Made by a program: the position numbers and the translations under genes. Below the pieces are notes generated by a model. The model was not told where the DNA came from. It made no database searches and saw nothing but the letters and a program-made list of their open reading frames with translations. 64,000 bases of DNA from Paramecium tetraurelia (Eukaryota): NCBI GenBank assembly GCA_000165425.1, contig CT867992.1:62001-126000 (forward strand), read 5' to 3'. Numbering within the stretch: the stretch's first letter is position 1; every line of letters starts with the position of its first letter. Shown here piece after piece: positions 53,090 through 64,000 of this stretch.

Positions 53090-53771
53090 AAATCAAACAT
53101 TGTATTAAATATTGTTTCCGCGAAGCAATTTTTCTGTTTCTACTCTCAATTTTTCTGTTTTCTTTTCAAAACTATCTAAATATTATAAAAAATGCATGGT
53201 GTCTTTTTACTAGTCTTCACTTTCTTCTGTTTTCTCATCTATCTATTCAAGTATGTAAGGTTGGTTGAGCTCTTGAAGATAGGCAAAGAATTAATCTTGT
53301 TATTCCTTTAACAATATTGCCTAATTTAAAATCAAATTTGAATTATACTTCTTGATCAGTCCTTCTCTCTAAATATTGTCTGCAATCAATTAGTAATTTT
53401 AGCATTTTTTCTTATAAATTTGGACATTCAGCAGATTATTGTTATGGCTATTATTGCTCAAAATAAGGTGTGTCTTTTTTAGACATTTAAGGGCGTGTAT
53501 TTTCTTTCTAATCACTTAAAACTAGATATCTATTTAATTTAGGTAAGGGACCTTCAGGAGGTCTTTTATCAAAAGGTTCTGAAAGTGTTCCCTTTGAGAC
53601 TTGATTTAATAAGATGCGAGCATATAAATTTCGATTCTTTTTCCAAACTTCATTTGTAGTCACTTGACATAATTTCTTAGTCCAAGCTTCAACCCTAATT
53701 TTTTAATGCTTATTCAGATTTTAATAGGTTTCCTCTATTGCAAGCATCACTTTAATAAATTCCTCGTCCAT
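53090..53771 (-). CDS. DUF4485 (CEP112 N-terminal-like) protein with coiled coil
   Basis: RVEAWTKKLCQ...WKKNRNLYARILL...LSEPFDKRPPEGPLPKL. 3' end approximate. Confidence 0.8.
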
Positions 53772-53926
53772 AATGTCTGTTAATATATTTTATTATATTC
53801 AATATCATTCCAAATTTAATCAATATATTCAGAATAATATTCAAATAGTTTTGACTTAAGTTGCATTTAAACATTAATAAATAAGCTAAATTATTGAAAA
53901 CCTATAAAATAAATATAAATCGCATT

Positions 53927-56471
53927 TCATTTTTTTATGAATTCTATTTGTATCATTTAATTACAATAACCCAAAAAGTCCGAATTAAAATTCTTAAATT
54001 GCTTTTGTTGATCTACTGTTTGAAATTCCAAAGAAATATATACTAAATGATATTCCATGTTTGACTTTTTACAAAATATCCTACAACTGAATGATAGAGA
54101 CGATCATAAATAAAATCTGCGACTAGCATCTCTCCATTTGAATATGTATTTTTACTGCATATAATTAAATTTATAAAAATGTAATTCATTTTCTCTTTGC
54201 AAATTCCTACAACGCCTCCCTTCTTGTGACAGGGTTTTCTCTATCATAATCTGTATTGAAGTGCTCCTCGGCTTCATCATAAGTTTGAACCTCATCTTTC
54301 TATTCTAAAGGAAATAGAACATTCGAGATTTCTTCCATTGGGAGAATATTATAAACAACTCCAATTATTATTATAATAAAATCTTACCATTTGACTTCTC
54401 CAAATATTATACTGGATACTACTGTATTACCAATACCAGTAAATATGATGATTAATTCCAACATTTCAATCATTTCAATAGATAAATGTTTGGAAAGAGA
54501 TTCTTTAATAGTTCTTCTTCGAAGTACGTTGTATTTATCTACAAAATAGTATAATGTCAATCCCATAATACTGAATAATATGCCAACTGGAATGATATCT
54601 CCATAAAAGAAGGTGAACCACATAGTTTTCATAATGTCACCATATCTTTTAGCTTAGGAGTAATCAGGCATCTCCATAATTTCATTTGCTTCTTATTAAG
54701 TGAGTACACAATTCTTAGCATTTTTTTATTGTTTTTACCTTTGATAATCCTTTTAAATGCTCCATGGATCAACAAACCAAACTATGGGTGGAATAAATGC
54801 ATTTAATAGGAATACATTAGATTCATTATAAATAAATCCCCCCTTTCCTATTACATTTCCAGTCAAATAAAAATCTATCACTAAGGATATTAAAGCGGTA
54901 TTTATAAATAATGCAACTGATTGTTTCCTAGCAAAACTAATATTGAATTTAGTTTTGTTTGATATTTTTTCTAAATCAACAATCAAATGATACACTTTTC
55001 CGATTACGAATTTATTGAAAAACACTACTGTCCACGAAATAGACTAACTAGTCAAGAAGGCTATAGTTTAGGTTAACGAGTCCTTGATTCCTTTCTTTTC
55101 TTATTCTTCAACTTATTCATTCATTCTTTCAGCCAATTCACTAAGGAACCAAATCAAAAAGAAACAACCTGTCATAAAACTTATAGAGATAGACCATGCA
55201 ATAATACGCGCTTTCACTTTTTATCCTGTTTAGATGTGTATAAATTCCCAATCTACATCATTAGGTTCTGGAGCTTCTTCAACATACAATTTGTGTTCAT
55301 TCAATATTAACCCTTTTTCCTTGATATCAGCTGTTTTGCCTTAATTAAAGAATGCTTTCATTCTTTCCCAACTAGTATGAGTGTTGTGTTGCAATACCAT
55401 TTATTTCATTTCCTCAGTTTAGAAACTTATGAAGGCAATTCCTGCAAATTTTTCCTTATTTACAAACAATTCATGCTCAACTTAATGAATCTTATGTTCT
55501 AAAGATTCTAGTTTTTCATCCAGTTATTTGACTTTGAAATCTGCGAAATTCATGCCATTTTCTACTAAGTATTCTTACTTTTCTCTTACCAATTCTTTCA
55601 GTGATTCTTCCAATTCTATTATTTCATCTAAATTATAAACCAAGACGATTTTCATGACTTTTAATTCTCTGCCATCTGCAGCATAATTTTAGAATATGTT
55701 CTTCAATACTTCTCTGTAATCTTCATCCAATTTTGGGATGTTTTTCACACAAATCGTATAATCAGATGGAGTCAATTAGGATTCATCAACTTCGATATCA
55801 ATGCTTCTTTGGGCTTTCCTAAAAAATAAAAATGAAACCATGTTTGCCAATACTACAACTAATGATAAATTGGATTACCAATCTCTAATATCCTGTCTAT
55901 CATATACATTGGCTAAACTAACAAAATGCCACATGGATCCTCCACAAATTGAATTATCTTTCTTATGTAAATGATGCTCCAATTTTTAATTGGTAATTTA
56001 ATGATGTTTCAAATGATTCCCTTCCAATTTTCCTTGATTATAACAATAATCTCCCATTAGATCGGTAGCTAAACAAAACATTCCTTTCAATAGCCAAAAT
56101 TCAACCAAAATGAAGATACAATATTTAATGAACATGTAAAACAAAGGAAATCCTGATCCTAAAAATTTCATCTCTATGGGATCGCAATCATACTATAAAT
56201 CCATTCTTTCAACTGAATATCCACAACAAGGACATGTTGTCTAATCATCTACCTCCAATTCCTAAGCCACTCTCCTTGCTTTTGCATGTTTCTCTGCAAA
56301 TTACCAATCACAAGGAATTGCTAAAGGATTATAATGATTCTATTCATGAGATTTATGATGTAATTTTGGAACATTTTTTTCACTTTTACTTGGTTAATGT
56401 TCTGATAAAGCCCTACTAGCTGCTTAAGAATCACGCTATTAAAATGAATTTTAAATGAAACGACTAGCCAT
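53927..56471 (-). CDS. CSC1/OSCA/TMEM63-like multi-pass ion channel
   Basis: CPCCG...FLGSGFPLFYMFIKYC, TPSDYTICVKNIP, FAGIAFISF, VEEAPEPNDVDW, YYFVDKYNVLRR. Confidence 0.78.
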
Positions 56472-56591
56472 TTCAAAAATTAAAATATTAATAGTGCATA
56501 TTTAAGTTCATTAAACTTGATTATATTCTATAAAATACTAATTTTAAGTGATATTCATGTACTTTAAATATTAATTAAATAACATTCAATA

Positions 56592-57310
56592 AAGAACCGT
56601 CTTTTTGGAACTTCTAAATAGGAACCAAAAAATAATAACCACCTCCTCCCTAAAATCCCTAATAACCTAAGGTAATAGACTTGTCGGAGCAATAAAAAAG
56701 AGTAAGCTTCATTATTAATGAAGTCTGAAGCTAAAGTTAATGAATTGAAAGAATAGATATAAGAATTAGATAAACAAATATGTGAACAATATTAAAAAGC
56801 TAAAACCTTTAGGGAAGTACAGCAAACTACAGCTAAGTCAAGAGCAGTAATGCTTCTCAAGAGAAAAAAGATGTACCTACTTTACTTAAGATTAGGTTGG
56901 AACAATAATTAGGATAAATTCTCAATAATTAGATGACCTTAGATTAAGTAGCTTTCACTAAAAGAGAACATTTAAAATAAAATTCAAATGGTATCTAATT
57001 TCATTTATATATAAGGCTTAAGCAATGTAGCAAGTTGTAGCAGTTCAAAAAGAAGCATTCAAAGAAATTGATATGGACAAACTGGAGGGTATTATGCTTC
57101 CTTAATATCAATAGACCTCATGGATGATATGAAGTTTGAAACAGACTACATGAATGATGTGATGAATAGATATTATGCATGCGATATAAGGTGAATGTGA
57201 GTTAGATATAGAAATGGCAGAAATTGAAAATGATATGAATGTCAAGCCATTTCAGCCTCAGCAATTATAGCAGCAAGCTCCTAGATAAGTTTTACATTTA
57301 AATTATAATA
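56592..57310 (+). pseudogene. CHMP5: CHMP5/VPS60 (Snf7-family ESCRT-III) probable pseudogene
   Basis: NRLFG N-terminus preceded by AAG instead of ATG; KSRAVMLLKRKKMLEQQ, EIDMDKLEDLMDDM. About three frameshifts. Confidence 0.7.
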
Positions 57311-57577
57311 TAGAATTATATAAACTATCTGCAAGCCTTTAACACTTACACCAATTGATTCCTATTAAATATAATAATATTATAAAATTGATATAATCAA
57401 TCACCTTTAATAAATTATAACTTTAACTATGTTTAACTAATAGTTTTAATACATGAAATTAGCGGTATAAACTTTCACTGAATAATTTTATCTTAAATTC
57501 ATATTATAAAAATTAAGAGTTTAATTAAGAAATAATCTAATTATGATTATAAATTGTCTATACACATAACTCAATTT

Positions 57578-58860
57578 TCATAATTCTATTTACAAATTAA
57601 AGGTAAAATAAATTTTTCTTCCTATTTTCTTGATTAATTTTCACAATTATAGTTTCGCCCTTATGAAATTTCATTATAGCGTTGTTCTTTTGATGTTGTT
57701 TCCAAATCTGAGAATGGGATGGTAATGTGTAAATTATCCTAAAGCACTCCTTAAACCCATTTATGCTTCTATACATCTTATAATTTGATTCTATTTTCGT
57801 GATTTGGATTTAATAACTCTCTGATCAAAGTTACTAACTCAAAACTTACTTGTCTAGGAAATTTGTATGTTCCTTAACTTATCATTATGAATATCTCTGC
57901 ATTATTTTTCCCGTAAAAAGGATACTCTCCAAAAATTAAATAATACAAAAGAATTCCTAATGCCCAAATGTCCAGACAAAAGTTAATTTTTTTGAGCTTT
58001 CCTGATAATATTTCAGGAGCTATATAAAGAATGGTTCCAACATTCAAAGGCTCATCAAATGGTACACCAGTACCTGACAAATAGGCTAAGCCAAAATCTA
58101 TAATTTTAATCTACTTTAAATATTTAAATATTTACTTAAAAATTATTATTATCAATAAAAATAATGTTTTCCAATTTTAGATCTCTATGAATGACATTGT
58201 TTTTATGCATATATGATACTGCATCTAAAATCTAAATGAATAAATGCCTGGCTATTTTTTCATTTAATGGTCCGTTTTCTAATATTAATCATTATATATA
58301 CATAAGACAAAATCTAATAAGGTTTCTCCTTTTAAATATTCCATTTCTAAGACTGCTTCTGATTTTTCAGGGAATAATTTATACCCATACAAGTTCACTA
58401 TGTTTTTATGTTTTAACAGTTCTAAAATCACAGCCTCTCTTGCTATGTATAAATATTAATTTTTTTATTCCTCACTAATAAACTTAATTATTTTCTCTTC
58501 ATTAGTAACTTTATGTTGAATAAGCATAATTGTTGCTTAACCTCCTTTACAAATAAGAGTCACAGGTAGGTGCTCAAAAAGTATGTATTTACTATCTGGC
58601 TTTTTGCCATTAGTTGTTACGAATATCTTACCATTATATTTCAAATATTTTAAATCTTCTTCAAAAATTTCTTAACATTTATGATCAAAAAGTCTAACCT
58701 TTTATGACGACTTTGTTCCCCCAACTAACTTAATAAGTTTACTCATGGAAGATGCTTGAGTAAAAGTAACATGTATAGGGTTTTATTATTGTTAGTATAT
58801 AGTTAAATGAGAATCGCTGCAGAGTGAAGGAAAAGAATTGGATGGTAAATAATTTTTCAT
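57578..58860 (-). CDS. Ser/Thr protein kinase (CAMK-like)
   Basis: VIHRDLKLENI, IKIIDFGL, VGTILYIAPE, DIWALGILLYYLIFGEYPF. Confidence 0.88.
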
Positions 58861-59344
58861 TGCGTAATTAAATAAAAATAATCATTTATTTTAAATTTTA
58901 ATTCATTTACATATAATAATATGTTAATTTAATATTATTTTATTTTTATATTAATTTAATTGTTTATTAAATCTCTCATTCTTAGTGGATGCTATATTTA
59001 TCAAATTTTATTATAGTGATGAATAATTGAAAATTACAATTTGTTAATTTATAAAAGAATTCTATTATGTTTAGATTGGAAAGTAGGTTTTTAAAGGCAT
59101 TCAATAGTTTACTTAATTCATTATTATTTTCATTGAACAAATAAGTAATATATAATTACTTAATAATTAAGTTTATCGATTTCTAGTGAAACAAAACAGT
59201 TTGCTTTAGTAAAGATAGGGGTTGGGGCGCTGTTCATTCACTTCTTAAATAAACCATTTATAATTGGAATTTTCCCAATTTAAGTTTTTGATTTATTTGA
59301 TAAATTGCAATAGATTATTTAAATTATATTTTAAGAAAATCAAT

Positions 59345-62300
59345 ATGATAATTACTCTTTTTATTGTATTTTTTTAGATGGCAAATTCTTAGTAAGGCGA
59401 TGTTGTGTTTTATTGTGATAAAGATGTAGTGTTGAAAAATAAAGAAAATTAAATTCCTATTATTTTAGATTAAAATTCTCCAAATAATTTTACTTTTCGA
59501 GATTAACCTAAATATTTGCAATTTTTAGATGCTTTTAAAATAAATCTCAAAAATGTTATATATTCATCATTTGTACTTGGGCGGTGGAAAGGTCGTGACG
59601 NNNNNNTATCATTATCAAATAGGGCAATAGATACCCTTTAGATTAACTTAACATGGCATTCCATCTCACCGAAAAATTAGAAATTGAATTATACTTTAAC
59701 TTAGGTTTATGAGACTGATATTGATATAGGATAATGTACAAGTGTAACATTTGTAGATTTGAAAATCTAAAAAATTAGCATCGTTTGCTAATATGATGAC
59801 TAATATATAGCTCATATGTCTCATTATCAGAATGACGACTCAAATACCAAAATCATATCGAACTCTTATAACCCAAGAACATTATAATTATGCACATTCT
59901 CAATTAATTCAGATTAGTATCAATAAATTTTAATTCTAAGTTTTAATGATTGCGAAACCTGGATCATTTATAAATTAGACATTGAACATATTTAAGTATT
60001 AGCAGAATCAAATAATTTTAAAAATTAAATTTTGAGGCATGTTGAATATGATCGCATGACTTTTTTTATGCAATTTGACCACATCTTACTTAATTGGTAG
60101 TCAAATATTACTCTTTATGAAAATAATGATGAAAGAATACTAAATTTTAAATTTTAGGATGATAAATTTATAATTGTAGTTGAAAAAACAAACAACGATG
60201 TATAAGATGATTTGAAATCTGAAAATGTAATTCTTTACCGAAGCTAAAATCCATTAAAAATTATAAAAACTTATCATTTTATCATTTTGTAGTTTGATAC
60301 ATATTTAGAATATATCAATCCAATTTCCATAAGTTATTTTCTACAATTAAAAATGCATTAACTATCTTCACTATAGTATAACAATCCCTTATTACTATCG
60401 ATCAATTAATTTCATGAATTGGTAACAATTAAAATAAATCAGCATTCCTGCTATTTAATTTGCAATGAATATTAATTCCAAAATTAAACTAGTTTGATAG
60501 AAAGTACATTCTATAAAAAATTGAAGATATTAACTGCTGTAATTATCCATAAAAAACCTTATGAGCAAGAATTTATTAATAATTCCTACGATATTCAATT
60601 TAATTTACTTCATGATTATTTCTACTATCCATTATATTCAACTTTGGTCACAAAATTGAAATTGAATCCAGAATTTACTTGTTTAAATAATAGCAGTGCA
60701 ATTAAATGCAATCTCTTAAAATATAACATATTAAGTAGATCTTGTATTGACCTAATTAAAAATTACATTTGGATCAAAGAATTTATTATCTAAAATTAAT
60801 TACATGTTTTATATTATTAACAAAATCTAGAACTTAAGTTGATGAATTGTGAAACAAATAAATCCTTTGTGGTTGGCAAATTTGAGGCTCTAGAAATAGA
60901 TGAAAATTAATTTTACATTTTTAAAACTGATGTTTTTATACCCTATTAAAATGAAACAAAAATTTTGTGCCTATAATTTAAAAATGGTTCAAACAGTATT
61001 AACCCAAAAATTCTAAAAATCTAAGGAAAATTAATAACAGTTCTTTATAATAGACATCTTTATATCATTATTACAACAGTTTGCTAAATTTAAGTAATCG
61101 AAAGTAGCCTAATAGTAGAAAAATTCGTAGAGATGAGAGAATAAGGAGTAAGTTTCCTTAATAGATGCGAAAAGTTTGAAGTTTTTTTTGGTTTTATGAA
61201 GGCTTGTAGTTTTAATTAAACAATTATATTTTATAACCAAATATATACTGTTTAATTAAATTTTGATACCTAAATACTTTCTATCATTTCAATATCATCA
61301 TCTTATAATTCCTTGATTTTGATAGAGAAAACATAAAAAGAAGAAATTAACATCAACAAATACGAATTGATGGGTGATTAAAAAACCTTACTTTTTGCAC
61401 TACCAAAATTTAGTTTTTAATATTAGATTCCTATTAAATATGTAACAACTGGATTTATTCTTGCAATTGCTGCATATAATAATAATACTAAAGTAATCTT
61501 GATTTATAATCTAATTAGTGCCTATCATGAAATTTTAGTTGATATTATTTACGTCGATAGTTTTAATTTCCATTTCTGCTCTGATACTTAATTTGCTTTT
61601 TTAAATAATAAACAATGGAATATTTATAATCCACAAATTCTTGGCTTGGATTGTCAAATTGAAAAATTTGTTGAAAGCTCAAAGATTTTTAAATATGAAT
61701 TATAATAACGTTCAAAAATCAACTAAAGTGATCAAAAGAAAATCACCCTTAATTTTGAACTCATAAACCTAACAGGATATATAATACAAAGCAAATCTTC
61801 TGTAAAGACATTTGGATTTAACAATATAAATTAAAAAATTGCATTTGATCCTTTAAATTTAGTTTTAGGTCCTATTTACAATATATCGTCTTCAGATGCA
61901 ACTATCAATCCTCCACTTTAAAACATGAGAAATATAACTAAATCATTATGTGCTGAGTTAATTTAAACTATATGTTATAATTAAAAAAATAACGAAATTA
62001 TTTTAGATATTTTAAATGATACAATAAATATGTAAATTTAGTTAATGTTTGATTTATTTTCTCTAAGGTAAAAGCATTTATAAACATTTAAAAGCGAAGA
62101 ATATTATATTATAGCTTATTTTTCTGGAGATTTTGTATAAACCTTCGAAATATATAAATAAAATGTAGGGCTTATCATTAAAACTAATTTACAAGAGTAA
62201 TTCAGAATGAATTATGATTGGATTAATATATTTTCAAATTATTGCTTAATATAGTAAAATGAACAATTACACGTTTATGTTATTTAGTCGGATTCATTCA

Positions 62301-63193
62301 TAAAAATTGATACTTTACAGTTTTAATGTCGAGATTGTGAGACAATTAAAGTTAAGAATTCTAAAAATACAATAATGATAACTTAAAGTATAAATGCTCA
62401 TTTTTCATTTGAATCATCATTTGTAATTTTGTAAATAATTAAAAACAAAGTTTTTTTACATTATTTTAATTAAGTAGAGGAAGAGTTTTTGCTTTATAAA
62501 TTAAAAAGTATAATTTATATTAGATTTTACGATCTGATCTCAATATAAGATAACTAACTCTCAGGCAAAATAGTTGGGTTCTAACTTTAACATAAAATAT
62601 ACGTCCTTAACATTGTGTTAAATTTAGAAATAGATTAATTAAAAATTTCTAGCCAGATAGGAATTGTTTCATATTTTGGAATTACCACTGTGAATCAAAT
62701 TTTTATCCTAGAATCAAATTTAATGTTAATCTCAACAAGTTGCTTTTTAAATACACACTTACTCTTATATAATTTGTCAGACTTTTCAGTTTTTAATTCT
62801 AAGTATCCAATATAAGCTGTATCTATTGATTAATACCCATAAATTCAATTTTACAATCTTACTCATTTTTTTATTACTTTTAGGAATAGTGATTCAATTT
62901 AACTATTTAAGATATCAGAATACACATTAGATATGCAAAATACCTCGAATAAATATGTAAATCTTTTGTTTTCAAATAATGAGCAGAATTTAGAAATCTA
63001 AGTAGAATTAAATTAAATTTCAAATCTAAGTTTATTTTCTATTTGCTAAAAATACATTGTCTATTTAATCTTATTGGCTTGCCTAGTATTTTGTTTTTTA
63101 GCAAAACGAAAAAGAAAATTGAGATCCGAGATTGAAAATCATAGTGAAATAGAATTATGATTTCCAATTATGGACAAAGAAATTAACATTTGA
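59345..63193 (+). CDS. large type I membrane/surface protein, unknown function (contains assembly gap)
   Basis: Signal-like N-terminus, ~3.8 kb nearly TGA-free frame, C-terminal TM YIVYLILLACLVFCFL followed by KRKRK. Confidence 0.65.
59601..59606. other. assembly gap (6 N)
   Basis: nnnnnn in the sequence. Confidence 0.99.
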
Positions 63194-63317
63194 TTGTTAT
63201 GTGAGTGTATGGTTTTTTTAATTATATTTATCATTATTAATTGAATGTATGAGTATTGACAACTATTTTATATTTGGTTCTGGCAATAAAGTATTTTATA
63301 AATATTTTTAATTTAAA

Positions 63318-64000
63318 ATGCAAAGTCATGTAAATTTATAGAAATATGAATCTTATGAGTTGCAAAAACCAAGCATAACTATTTTTGAGTAATCAACTTA
63401 GATGAATATTTTAACTGATGAATAAATTGATGAATCTGATTCAGAACCTGAGAAGACCATTTAAGAAACGCAAAACCAAAATCTATTACTTTCTAAATAG
63501 TACATTTACTTTCACAAATAGAAATAGCCAACATAACAATACAATATTTGAAGATGAAAATGAAGAAGGTGTGTGGGAAGAGAATGCTAAGGAAGTAAAT
63601 CCTCCAAAGCCATTTTTAATGTCGATTAACTTCTCCAACATAAGTCTGTATCGATTCCCTACTCTGGAATAAGAAAAGGTATTTGGTGCTATTTTTATTG
63701 CATAGAATTTAAGGGCTGAGATAAACAATATAGAAATAAACAATAATGTAGTGTATTATTAGATAGAAACCAAATCATCTTAATTGGGGTACACCGTAAA
63801 AGTGAAGAGAAGATATAATGATTTTAAGTTTTTATTGAGAGAATTAACAATCAGATACCCTCAACTATTATTACCTTACTTACCTATAGGAATTGGAGTT
63901 GGAAAACTTAACAATCGAAGCGTAGAAGAAAGAAAGAGATTATTATAAAATGTTATTAATATCATAACTATGCACTAAGAATTGATACTTTCAAGTTCTG
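63318..64000 (+). CDS. PX-domain (sorting-nexin-like) protein, 3' truncated by window
   Basis: VVYYQIET...VKRRYNDFKFLLRELTIRYPQLLLPYLP...VEERKRLLQ. Confidence 0.82.

Noticed and set aside
10249..53771. Possible functional cluster of ciliary or ubiquitin genes (BBS8, CCP, CEP112-like; RING and F-box genes)
   Set aside because: These classes are abundant in ciliate genomes and are interspersed with unrelated genes here, so there is no evidence of co-regulation.
1..64000. tRNA, rRNA, CRISPR arrays, telomeric C4A2/C3A3 tracts, transposase or reverse transcriptase genes
   Set aside because: None was recognisable by eye. Small ncRNAs cannot be excluded without a covariance-model search.

Overview
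Very AT-rich, gene-dense eukaryotic DNA typical of a ciliate macronuclear chromosome, most likely Paramecium. Recognisable proteins read through TAA/TAG as Gln, only TGA terminates, and genes carry tiny (~20-35 nt) GT-AG introns. The supplied ORF track therefore fragments real genes and includes antisense shadows. Re-translating by hand with the ciliate code gives about 40 genes. These include a bZIP factor, an HD hydrolase, a START protein, a PIG-Y-like subunit, an MMTAG2-like protein, a cold-shock-domain protein, BBS8, a group I truncated hemoglobin, a LIN9/ALY-like DIRP protein, and ankyrin, F-box/LRR and WD40 proteins. Also present are an Aha1-N protein, a dual-specificity phosphatase, a SnoaL/NTF2-like protein, three membrane RING ligases, a TMBIM protein, PP2C, a Zn-knuckle/SPRY protein, SPT16 and a tesmin/CXC protein. 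The later part holds a MAP2K-like pseudokinase, an MBOAT, a cytosolic carboxypeptidase with two frameshifts, a DUF4485/CEP112-like protein, an OSCA/CSC1-like channel, a CHMP5 pseudogene, a CAMK-like kinase, a large membrane protein and a partial PX protein. I saw no rRNA, tRNA, CRISPR, telomere or clear transposon, and no evidence of an operon-like new system. The best leads are a recurring unnamed (R/K)R(K/R)SCxCxECG motif, two intronless bacterial-like genes, DREAM/MuvB-like components, the pseudokinase and the disrupted genes. Gene boundaries were read by eye and some may be off by a few codons.
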